A stretch of DNA of 64,000 nt. It comes from a virus. How positions within the stretch are numbered: position 1 is the stretch's first letter; each line of letters opens with the position of its first letter. This document shows positions 45,909-53,320 of this stretch, one piece after another. The notes below the pieces were generated by a model. It was not told where the DNA came from. It worked only from the letters and a program-made list of their open reading frames with translations, and made no database searches. The DNA lies in IMG/VR virus record IMGVR_UViG_3300010354_000051, positions 54,720 through 118,719 of that record, one strand, 5' to 3'. Made by a program: the position numbers and the translations under genes.

Positions 45909-48621
45909 TCCTGGTCTGGAGTCTCTTACCCAAACATTCTAGCACGGGAACAAGGGAGACGATGGTGTGCGCTCTGCCATCCGGCTCGGGATTAGGCTGA
46001 GACACGGTCACAGTGCTGGCAGTAGCCGATTTGCGAAAGATCTTATCGACCTCGATACTGCTGAACCAGGCGTTGGCGTGGGGCATTTCACAAATCCCAT
46101 ATCGGTATCTTAGCCAAGCCCAGCTCCACAAATGGGCAATTTGGTACAGGGCGGATACTAAGTCCGCATCTTCCTCTCTGCACATGTACAAAACACTGTC
46201 ATGTACAGACATGCAGAACCGAGCTGATACACTAAATTTTCTCGTCAAGTACTCCATAGAGGTTAGGAATGCGTGAAGCATTGCACTTCCTGTAGATTGA
46301 ATCACCCAGTTATTTCTCATGGTAAAGAAGTCTTTACCGACTGAGGATGGTCGGAAAGCAGTGGACATTCTCGTACCACTTAAGGGGTTGCAAGGCGTAG
46401 TCATATTGGCTATACGGGCCATTTCGTTGTAGGCATAAGAATCACTACCGCCTATCAGGAAAGTGGAGGTTTTGCTTGCTTTCTTTCCTTTCTTTCTTTC
46501 TATAAGCCTTTTGGCTAGTTTTTCAGCTTCAGCCACCGGTATGGATTTATTACCCTTGCGTATAGTCGATGCGAGAGTTCTTACACCAGCTCCGTACATC
46601 ATGCCATAGTTACAACCCTTTGCTATCGATCTGCTTATACCAATAGTATTAGCGGTGACACTGTGCATGTCACTGCCATCGTCTTTTGATCCGGCCAAAA
46701 TACTATGGCCGAATTGTGTGCTGCCGGAGATCCGGTGGTAAGAGTCGGCAAAGATACTAGCAACTACAGCTTCTTGTCCATCATAGTCCGACGAAATAAA
46801 CGTATACGGGCTGCTAACCTGGACTCGAGTTTTAACCTCTGTCCCTATCTTTTCAGGCTTGGGGTCAGGAACAGTCAGCCAAAGACTTTCCCCTGCCCGA
46901 TTAGTAGCAGTGTTATGGGGTACGGTTTGAGGGACGATAACCGTCAGATCGGAGTCATTAGCCTTCATGGGGAGCTGAGCCAAAACCCTGCTTCTAACCG
47001 AAGTCCAGTAGGAGACTTTAATGGCCAGTTTAATAAGCTCTTTGGCCTGTGGGAGTTCGCTAGACAAAGTACCTGACTCGAAATCGGACAGGAAGTCTTT
47101 ACTCAGTACCCCTCCGACATTGACCCCTTCTCCGTTCACATGTGGAATACGCTCATAAAGGCCCTTCTCTTTGTTGAAGAAAGTCCAGCCCTGATCTGAA
47201 GTATGGACAATAGGTTGTCCTAGCCAAGTCAGCCTTAAGAGCAAGTGGCTCAATATAGTCTTAGTCGTTATAGCCTTTAGTTTAATTTCTCCCGTCTCTT
47301 TATTAATCTCACAGTTTTTCCTATACCACATAGGTACACCATACCATTTGGATTTGGGCTGACCATTCAACTTCAGCGCATAGTTAGCGGTCCAGTCAAG
47401 TTGGTTAAGCCACGGGTCGTTTTCAATATCGACTTCGTCATTTTTCCAGTCCTGAAGTAGCTGCTGAGCTAGCTCGGTGAGGAGTTGACTCTGCCGATCA
47501 ATAGATTGTCTCCAAACACTCTCGCAGTTATTCACCCAATCATGCCAATCTGGAGTGATGGGCAGAATAGAAGAGGTTTGAGCAAAATGTCCATACAGGG
47601 TGGTTAGGGACGGATTAGATTGGAGATACTTGAGGACTAGTATTGAATACAGATCGAAGGTGAGTTTTGCGTCGTTCAGGGCGTATGCGACAAGCTTATC
47701 TCTATCCGGAAGAAACTCCGACATGCTCGTAGCATCGACAAACAAGTTACGGGTCTTTTTTGTGTCTTTTTCTGCCGGGATGAGGGGCTTACAGTGAAAA
47801 TTATACGCATCGATCAAATTGTTCATCGAGCCTTTATCAGCCCAGGCCGGAAGAACCGAATCGTCCAAATCCTTGCTGACAAACAGAAACCGCTGATCAG
47901 AGGCTAATCCGCTCACATTTATATGCGCGGAGAAAGTATCGAACCACAAGTTGCCTGAGGGGGATGTGGGGTGGTAAGGATCGTGGTGAAGATCGTAGGC
48001 TTCTTGAGTGCGTTGTCGGTCAAACCCGACATTATGGGCGATAAGCAGGCTATTCTTTGTATTTAACGGGACAAGTTTAGGGGTATAGGCTATGCTAGTG
48101 TCTGCAAAAGACTCATGCATCCACAAGTAGTACGAATCGGCGGACACGACACTGGCCAAGATTGGGTGGCCGAATATCGAACCTTGTACGAAAGTCTCGC
48201 AGTCAAAAATAGCAATTGGTACATCTTTTAGACCCTTATCGCCAATCCACTCAACCTCGCCATTAAACCCGTACCGGGTCCAGCCAGCCTTGTATACAAA
48301 ACAGTCTGGTGAAGGGGGTTCGGGGACCTCAGCGCTAGAAAAATTTCTGAGCAGTCTTACCTTATCTTCTAGAATTGTTTTACTGATAGTGGCAAAATGC
48401 TGAGATATGTTTTCGCCCTCGATCTCCGGAATATAAAAATCGGGCAAGTTGGTGAATATGCCAGGGTTTTTTATAGGAAAATTAACCCCGAACTTTTTCA
48501 TTTCGTCAATAATTGAGTTGACGTTGGCACGAGGCTTGTACTCGCTGACCGGAGTCTTACCAAACACTCTCTCCGCCATATTGCTGGGGAGAATAGAGTA
48601 TCCGAGAGGGTTCAGAGTCAT
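45874..48621 (-). CDS. polG: Family A DNA polymerase, mitochondrial polymerase gamma (PolG/Mip1)-type
   Basis: PolG-specific motifs: NPLGYSILP..M..RVFG, FDCET (ExoI), IAHNVGFDRQR (ExoII), WFDTFSAHINVSGL, YALND (ExoIII), SDYDGQE (A), DMHSVTA..IGISR..AKGCNYGMMYGAG (B), RNNWVIQS, RFCMSVHD (C). Confidence 0.92.
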   Translation of the reverse strand: MTLNPLGYSILPSNMAERVFGKTPVSEYKPRANVNSIIDEMKKFGVNFPIKNPGIFTNLPDFYIPEIEGENISQHFATISKTILEDKVRLLRNFSSAEVPEPPSPDCFVYKAGWTRYGFNGEVEWIGDKGLKDVPIAIFDCETFVQGSIFGHPILASVVSADSYYLWMHESFADTSIAYTPKLVPLNTKNSLLIAHNVGFDRQRTQEAYDLHHDPYHPTSPSGNLWFDTFSAHINVSGLASDQRFLFVSKDLDDSVLPAWADKGSMNNLIDAYNFHCKPLIPAEKDTKKTRNLFVDATSMSEFLPDRDKLVAYALNDAKLTFDLYSILVLKYLQSNPSLTTLYGHFAQTSSILPITPDWHDWVNNCESVWRQSIDRQSQLLTELAQQLLQDWKNDEVDIENDPWLNQLDWTANYALKLNGQPKSKWYGVPMWYRKNCEINKETGEIKLKAITTKTILSHLLLRLTWLGQPIVHTSDQGWTFFNKEKGLYERIPHVNGEGVNVGGVLSKDFLSDFESGTLSSELPQAKELIKLAIKVSYWTSVRSRVLAQLPMKANDSDLTVIVPQTVPHNTATNRAGESLWLTVPDPKPEKIGTEVKTRVQVSSPYTFISSDYDGQEAVVASIFADSYHRISGSTQFGHSILAGSKDDGSDMHSVTANTIGISRSIAKGCNYGMMYGAGVRTLASTIRKGNKSIPVAEAEKLAKRLIERKKGKKASKTSTFLIGGSDSYAYNEMARIANMTTPCNPLSGTRMSTAFRPSSVGKDFFTMRNNWVIQSTGSAMLHAFLTSMEYLTRKFSVSARFCMSVHDSVLYMCREEDADLVSALYQIAHLWSWAWLRYRYGICEMPHANAWFSSIEVDKIFRKSATASTVTVSQPNPEPDGRAHTIVSLVPVLECLGKRLQTRNGTIQNHGSPT

Positions 48622-48665
48622 GGGTCGAGTAGAGTAGTGAAGTCGGAAGAATAAAAGCGGTAATG

Positions 48666-49313
48666 TTAGTAGTATAGCATGAATTCGTCCCTGTCCGAAT
48701 AATATACACCTACCGCTTCTAATTTAGTCGCATCAAGTATTTTTATGTTCTGCCGGAGATAGGGCAAACCGTAATGGCCGTGGATATAGGTATACTTCGG
48801 GTCGATTTTATGCTTGAGGCGCAGATCATCATCTTTGAACCAGGCATAGCCCGGACCGTACAAGCAGGACTCTCTGTCCTCAGGGTTGTAATAAGCGTGA
48901 GCGACTCTAAATCTCCCATCTAGTTCCAAGCTGCAGGGTGAACTAGCCAACATATTGATGTATTTGACTCGGTCAGCTAGACTAATTTGCTTGAGGCAAT
49001 TCAACGTATACTTAGCTTCCCTTTTTCTAATCTCGGCTTCGGGCAAAATAAGATGTTTAAGGATGTAGTTTTCATTATTGCCAACAACTAAAGTTGCTTT
49101 ACCTGACTGGATCAGAGAGTGAACCAGACTTAGCATGGAGATGGGAGATGTTCTCTTGGTAGTTTTAAAATGGTGCTTGTGATGTAGAATGTCTCCTGTG
49201 AGTACAAAGTGGTAACTGTTGTCTTTATCCCTACTCAGGATAAATTCAAGCAAGCTAGTACGCCCATGCAGATCACCTACAAAAGCGTACTTACGTTCGC
49301 CAGTGTCATACAT
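48666..49313 (-). CDS. Calcineurin-like metallophosphoesterase (phage Ser/Thr phosphatase-like)
   Basis: GDLHG, GDILH, GNNE, VAHA and IHGH motifs. Confidence 0.85.
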   Translation of the reverse strand: MYDTGERKYAFVGDLHGRTSLLEFILSRDKDNSYHFVLTGDILHHKHHFKTTKRTSPISMLSLVHSLIQSGKATLVVGNNENYILKHLILPEAEIRKREAKYTLNCLKQISLADRVKYINMLASSPCSLELDGRFRVAHAYYNPEDRESCLYGPGYAWFKDDDLRLKHKIDPKYTYIHGHYGLPYLRQNIKILDATKLEAVGVYYSDRDEFMLYY

Positions 49314-49458
49314 CGTAAACCTTAGCGCAAGGTGCCCAGGGATTCTCGCTGCAATATGAGGCGAATCTGTCAGATGTAGGTAGGTTTTTTTGTTGGTTTT
49401 TGAGTCTGGAGATTATTTGTCCAAGCCTGTTGAAGAGGTCAGTTAATGCTTTGCCCAT
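49306..49458 (-). CDS. CP12-like small protein, C-terminal motif only (50 aa; missed by the track)
   Basis: MGKALTDLFNRLGQIISRLKNQQKNLPTSDRFASYCSENPWAPCAKVYDV; its stop overlaps the phosphatase ATG. Confidence 0.6.
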   Translation of the reverse strand: MGKALTDLFNRLGQIISRLKNQQKNLPTSDRFASYCSENPWAPCAKVYDV

Positions 49459-49477
49459 AAAGCTCCAGAATTCCCGC

Positions 49478-49630
49478 TCAGTCTAGCAACGTGCATCGCC
49501 TAGAGTCGACCACTTTCGTCTCATTACAATCTTTTATGACCCATATAGCGTAATGTCCGGAAAAATCCACAATCGTGCTGAGAATAGTGTAGATTTTACC
49601 GTCGCTACAGACTACTTTTCTACCTCGCAT
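49478..49630 (-). CDS. Small hypothetical protein (50 aa)
   Basis: MRGRKVVCSDGKIYTILSTIVDFSGHYAIWVIKDCNETKVVDSRRCTLLD fills the gap and overlaps the upstream stop. Confidence 0.55.
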   Translation of the reverse strand: MRGRKVVCSDGKIYTILSTIVDFSGHYAIWVIKDCNETKVVDSRRCTLLD

Positions 49631-50042
49631 GGGGAGCGGAAGGCTGGTCTATTCTTCCCTGATTAAACATTTGGATATTGTCGTAGTAAGCTATAAAGAA
49701 TGAAATGGCCATGAGCACTCCAGCCCATAGCCACTGCTTACTCTTCAACCCGTCTATCTCTTTTGACAGACCATTTACCCTCTGATCTACATTTTTTATA
49801 TCCTCTCCCAGGCTTTTTTCTAACCGGTCAATAACCTGAACCGTAGAATTGTTTATCTGTACAGATCGTTCAATTCTTTCCTCGTGTCGGATAAGAATCT
49901 GAGAAATTTCCCTGGTCGATTCGGAAATTTTTTCAACAGCCTGCTCCAGTTTCTCAAGCATTTGTTTAGATATTTCCTCTTGCGTCTGCTGCTTTTCCTC
50001 AAGCAGAGAGATCCTTAGCTCGGTCTGATTTCGGTTAAACAT
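49620..50042 (-). CDS. Coiled-coil protein with C-terminal transmembrane helix (possible holin or XhlA-like)
   Basis: Long heptad region then WLWAGVLMAISFFIAY; late motif at 50073. Confidence 0.55.
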   Translation of the reverse strand: MFNRNQTELRISLLEEKQQTQEEISKQMLEKLEQAVEKISESTREISQILIRHEERIERSVQINNSTVQVIDRLEKSLGEDIKNVDQRVNGLSKEIDGLKSKQWLWAGVLMAISFFIAYYDNIQMFNQGRIDQPSAPHAR

Positions 50043-50072
50043 CTACGCTAAGGGTCGTGACGCAGTCAAATT

Positions 50073-50081
50073 GCTTTCAAC
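50073..50081 (-). promoter_or_regulatory. Putative late promoter motif GTTGAAAGC
   Basis: Upstream of ATG 50042. Confidence 0.6.
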
Positions 50082-50117
50082 AACCGCCCGTAATTTTTTT
50101 GTTAAAATATAGGCTAG

Positions 50118-50723
50118 GTGAACTTTATGGCCAGTTGCGATTTAAGCCCAGAGACAATTTCCCACACTCACCACGTTCTCCCTCGGTACAGGGGCGGATC
50201 GGATTCACGCGAGAATACAGTAAAAGTGTCTGTAGCTCGCCATGCCATGTGGCACTACGCTAACTACAGATTGTGGGGTAACTTGGAAGATAGAATGGCC
50301 TGGAAGGGTTTGAGTAAACAGTACACTAAAGAGGAGATATTAAGAGAACTGTCCCCCCTCGGCAATAAACCCAAATATCTAAAGTGGTATCACAAAGATC
50401 ATGGACTGGTAACTGATATGAGCATTAACAAGTTTTGTGAGTTCTATGGTTTAGATAGGCGTAATATTCGCAGGGTAATAAAAAAAGAGCAAAAAAGTCA
50501 CAAAGGTTGGATACATTATACTGAAGAGGGGATATTAAGAGAACTGCCTCCCTCTGTCGATAAGCCCAAATATTTAAAGTGGTATCACAAAGAGCATGGA
50601 TTGGTAACTAATATGAGAATTAGCGAGTTATGTAAGTTCTATAGTTTAAATAAGCGTAATGTCTATAGGTTAATGAAAAAAGAAAGAAAAAGTCACAAAG
50701 GCTGGGTTTTCATCGATTCTTAA
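50118..50723 (+). CDS. Free-standing HNH homing endonuclease with duplicated C-terminal DNA-binding repeat
   Basis: HTHHVLPRYRGGSDSRENTVKVSVARHAMWH; 65-aa (195-nt) direct repeat. Confidence 0.85.
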   Translation: MNFMASCDLSPETISHTHHVLPRYRGGSDSRENTVKVSVARHAMWHYANYRLWGNLEDRMAWKGLSKQYTKEEILRELSPLGNKPKYLKWYHKDHGLVTDMSINKFCEFYGLDRRNIRRVIKKEQKSHKGWIHYTEEGILRELPPSVDKPKYLKWYHKEHGLVTNMRISELCKFYSLNKRNVYRLMKKERKSHKGWVFIDS

Positions 50724-50724
50724 A

Positions 50725-50798
50725 CGTTCCAGGAGGGACTTGAACCCCCGACCGACCGCTTAGAAGGCGGATGCTCTATCCGGCTGAGCTACTGGAAC
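50725..50798 (-). tRNA. tRNA-Arg(UCU)
   Basis: Cloverleaf GTTCCAG/CTGGAAC, anticodon loop CTTCTAA, T loop TTCAAGT; no encoded CCA. Confidence 0.95.
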
Positions 50799-50820
50799 AA
50801 AAGACAGTCGTGACTGTCAG

Positions 50821-50902
50821 TCGGAAAGACGAGACTCGAACTCGTATGCCTTTCGGCGGCGCATTTTGAGTGCGCTGTGTCTACCAATTCCACCACAATC
50901 CG
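50821..50902 (-). tRNA. tRNA-Leu(CAA)
   Basis: Long variable arm (GCC-GAAA-GGC), anticodon loop CTCAAAA, TTCGAGT; acceptor stem CGGATTG/CTTTCCG has two U-U mismatches. Confidence 0.85.
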
Positions 50903-50908
50903 ATTAGG

Positions 50909-50981
50909 TAGGGGTCGCGAGGATCGAACTCGCCTGTGGCGGATTATGAGTCCGCTGCATTCACCAGATTGCTAGACCCCC
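50909..50981 (-). tRNA. tRNA with CAU anticodon (elongator Met or Ile2/lysidine type)
   Basis: GGGGGTC/GACCCCT acceptor, GCGGA-CTCATAA-TCCGC anticodon arm, TTCGATC; lacks the initiator 3 G-C stem. Confidence 0.9.
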
Positions 50982-50991
50982 AAGAGGGGTA

Positions 50992-51144
50992 TTACCCCTT
51001 TCCTTGCCTATTGTACTTCTTCTTCTTGCCGTTTCTGCTGCTGGCAGACCAGTCCGTGTTTTTGCTTCGACCCTGACGAGTCTTCTTGGGCTTGGGCTCG
51101 AATTTCAGAGCGCTGACGGCTGTGAAAGATGGCTTTTTGGCCAT
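50992..51144 (-). CDS. Small basic cyanophage-conserved protein (PKKTRQG...SSRN..KK.Y..QG family, 50 aa)
   Basis: MAKKPSFTAVSALKFEPKPKKTRQGRSKNTDWSASSRNGKKKKYNRQGKG; GGAGG RBS upstream; a different frame from track ORF 51008-51199. Confidence 0.75.
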   Translation of the reverse strand: MAKKPSFTAVSALKFEPKPKKTRQGRSKNTDWSASSRNGKKKKYNRQGKG

Positions 51145-51162
51145 GGTTCCTCCGGGACCCTC

Positions 51163-51486
51163 TTACCTTAGCACATCGGAGACGGAGTGGCGTCCGCATC
51201 GGAAGTAAGCGATCAGCTCGGCGACAATCCTGTCCGTCTCAACGGCCCCGCACGTAAATATATCTATAGCAGCACTGGAGTACTCAGGCCAGGTATGTAT
51301 AGAAAAATGCGATGTGGTGAGCAGGTACAGAAGAGTAAACCCTCCGTCGAATTGATGACCGGTCTGAGATAAAACTTGAGCGTTAGAGGCAAGCAACAAT
51401 CTGCTGGCGAAAGGTTCAAAAACGGCCATATCGGACAGTGTTGATTTGTCCGCGTCATAGATGTTGAGCAGGACATGGTGACCCAT
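51163..51486 (-). CDS. speD: Pyruvoyl-dependent S-adenosylmethionine decarboxylase family proenzyme
   Basis: MGHHVLLNIYD, HQF.GGFT...LLTTSHFSIHTWPEY..AAIDIFTCG. Confidence 0.9.
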   Translation of the reverse strand: MGHHVLLNIYDADKSTLSDMAVFEPFASRLLLASNAQVLSQTGHQFDGGFTLLYLLTTSHFSIHTWPEYSSAAIDIFTCGAVETDRIVAELIAYFRCGRHSVSDVLR

Positions 51487-51496
51487 CTCAGGACCG

Positions 51497-52324
51497 TCAG
51501 AAGTTCGCACAATAAAATACCTCAGAGTTTCGGTTGTTAAGGCCGTATTTACTCGGAGCTTTCAACTCGTAGTAGGTACGGGGAGTGAATAGTCTAGCAG
51601 GTAGCAGGTCCTTAGTGAAGGGGATCTCATGACCCCATTTATGGCCTGCAGTACTGACACAGACTTTATACCCGAGTTCGGCTAGCTCACAAACTTGCTT
51701 TTTTACCAGATCGACTTTACGCTTATTCCAAACACATCCACACCCGTATTGGGCAGGCTGAGCCGGAACGTGCAGATAGATTATTGTGTTATCGTCAACC
51801 AGCGAAATAGGGAAATTTTTGAGGCCGCTGTTGTGATATATTAGGTCTTTTGTTTGAAGGCCGGCTTGCCACTCCCTGATCTGTTCAAAAGGGGGTGGGA
51901 TAGGATTGTTAAATTCCATAACCAGCTTTCTTCTGCGGAAGTGATATGAAAACCCTGACTGGGCAAGCAGACAATAATACCTGGCAACTTCTGTCCAGGA
52001 CTTAAATGCCGTGCTTCTAAGTGCGCTACGGATATTAGTAGTTTGAAGTAATGCTATGGCATAGCGCACGTTTCTACCCTGGTCAAATTCATTAACCCAT
52101 ACATCTTTTAACAAGGATAATGAGGTTGATGTGGACAAGAACTTGTGCAGATCGAGAACAAATCTCTCATCGGAACAGATGATTAGCTTGCTTGATGCTG
52201 AGTAGTATGGCAGATAGGAAGATCCGGACTCTACACACAAGTAGTTATGTGAACGGGCTTGAGTATAATCACCCATGAACTGGTCATGGGTGCGCGTATA
52301 CCTGCCGGGCAGTGGTATAATCAT
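51497..52324 (-). CDS. Dam/D12-class methyltransferase homolog with degenerate catalytic motifs
   Basis: Collinear with Dam, but FxGxG is replaced by VESGSS and DPPY by HVPA. Confidence 0.65.
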   Translation of the reverse strand: MIIPLPGRYTRTHDQFMGDYTQARSHNYLCVESGSSYLPYYSASSKLIICSDERFVLDLHKFLSTSTSLSLLKDVWVNEFDQGRNVRYAIALLQTTNIRSALRSTAFKSWTEVARYYCLLAQSGFSYHFRRRKLVMEFNNPIPPPFEQIREWQAGLQTKDLIYHNSGLKNFPISLVDDNTIIYLHVPAQPAQYGCGCVWNKRKVDLVKKQVCELAELGYKVCVSTAGHKWGHEIPFTKDLLPARLFTPRTYYELKAPSKYGLNNRNSEVFYCANF

Positions 52325-52734
52325 TCCAATTTATGCCAATTCTTTCCATCATACCAAGAAATTAGGTCTTGAGAGTAGATATGAACAGTACCTACCGGAG
52401 TACCGGTCCTTTTAGACACGATTTTAGGGTCTTCAAACAACACACTTAACTTGTAATCCATGCCTCTTACCGAATTGCATAGCAGCTTGTCGACTTTTGA
52501 CAAGACCTCGTAGTAATAGTGGTAACTTTCTGCAACTAAATTAATGCTGTACACAGGCTCCAGACTTGAATCATCTGAAAACTGTCTGTGGGAGAGCATA
52601 TACCCACCAACCGAAGCATGATCTCTATAAACTTGTAAATTCTTCAGGTAAAGTACAATCTTTTTCTCTGAAGAAACAATCGCATTAACTAACTTTTTAC
52701 CCGAACAAGAACTCTCTGATGTACTCATCTGCAA
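52321..52734 (-). CDS. Hypothetical protein
   Basis: 137-aa ORF coupled to its neighbours. Confidence 0.55.
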   Translation of the reverse strand: MQMSTSESSCSGKKLVNAIVSSEKKIVLYLKNLQVYRDHASVGGYMLSHRQFSDDSSLEPVYSINLVAESYHYYYEVLSKVDKLLCNSVRGMDYKLSVLFEDPKIVSKRTGTPVGTVHIYSQDLISWYDGKNWHKLE

Positions 52735-53320
52735 ACTCCTTGCTGAAATACGCCTTCAGTATACCATGGGCCGGGTCGTTGGCGCCCATGTACTCGTTGT
52801 AAGGAGCGTGAAGAGTCCTGTAATCGCCACCTGAGGGCAAATTACCCCCTAACAAGCCGTAATACCGGTCAATATATCGCTCTGCTGCCTCTTTAAACGG
52901 CTCATATATCTCTTTTCCACCCCTCTCATGCCACATTTTGGGCGAAAAGAAGCCATTTAGGTCATAAAAAGCCGATTTTTCGACTTTTCGATCGGGCTCG
53001 GAGGACAAAGACTCCATCACCGGGCCTAAATTACCGCCTATTGGGTGAAAATCAATAACCGCGAGAGATTTTGATGGCAATTCGATGTATTCACAACCAA
53101 ATACGGGCAGTAATTGGCCTACACAAGGGTAAATCACAAGCGTTTCCGCCCTAAATTTACCCTTTGCCTCGAAAACACACGTCCTCGCCCTATAAAAACC
53201 CGCCGATTCACCGTTCCAAGCCTTTGAAATCAGCAAAGCAGGCGGATTTTCTTTCTTTTCGTAGTAGGTTAGGTCGGGTTCTGCCCTTTGGACGAGGGTA
53301 TCAATCCAGTTTTCCTGCAA
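52697..53320 (-). CDS. Ferredoxin-dependent bilin reductase, PebA-like
   Basis: LVIYP...LPVFGCEYI...AVIDFHP, FYDLNGFFSP..WHERGG, YNEYMGANDPAHGILKAYFSKEFADEYIREFLF. Confidence 0.85.
   Translation of the reverse strand: MQENWIDTLVQRAEPDLTYYEKKENPPALLISKAWNGESAGFYRARTCVFEAKGKFRAETLVIYPCVGQLLPVFGCEYIELPSKSLAVIDFHPIGGNLGPVMESLSSEPDRKVEKSAFYDLNGFFSPKMWHERGGKEIYEPFKEAAERYIDRYYGLLGGNLPSGGDYRTLHAPYNEYMGANDPAHGILKAYFSKEFADEYIREFLFG

Noticed and set aside
45874-48621. Intein or intron in the polymerase
   Set aside because: Motifs are collinear with PolG, with no C...HN intein ends and no stop or gap
50336-50720. DGR template/variable repeat pair
   Set aside because: Differences are not adenine-specific, both copies are in frame in one gene, and no reverse transcriptase is present
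51008-51199. Track ORF of 63 aa
   Set aside because: The overlapping frame 50992-51144 has an ATG, a GGAGG RBS and a recognisable conserved motif
52697-53320. Assigning the symbol pebS or pcyA
   Set aside because: Signature motifs fit PebA better but the catalytic residue differs, so no symbol is given without a phylogeny
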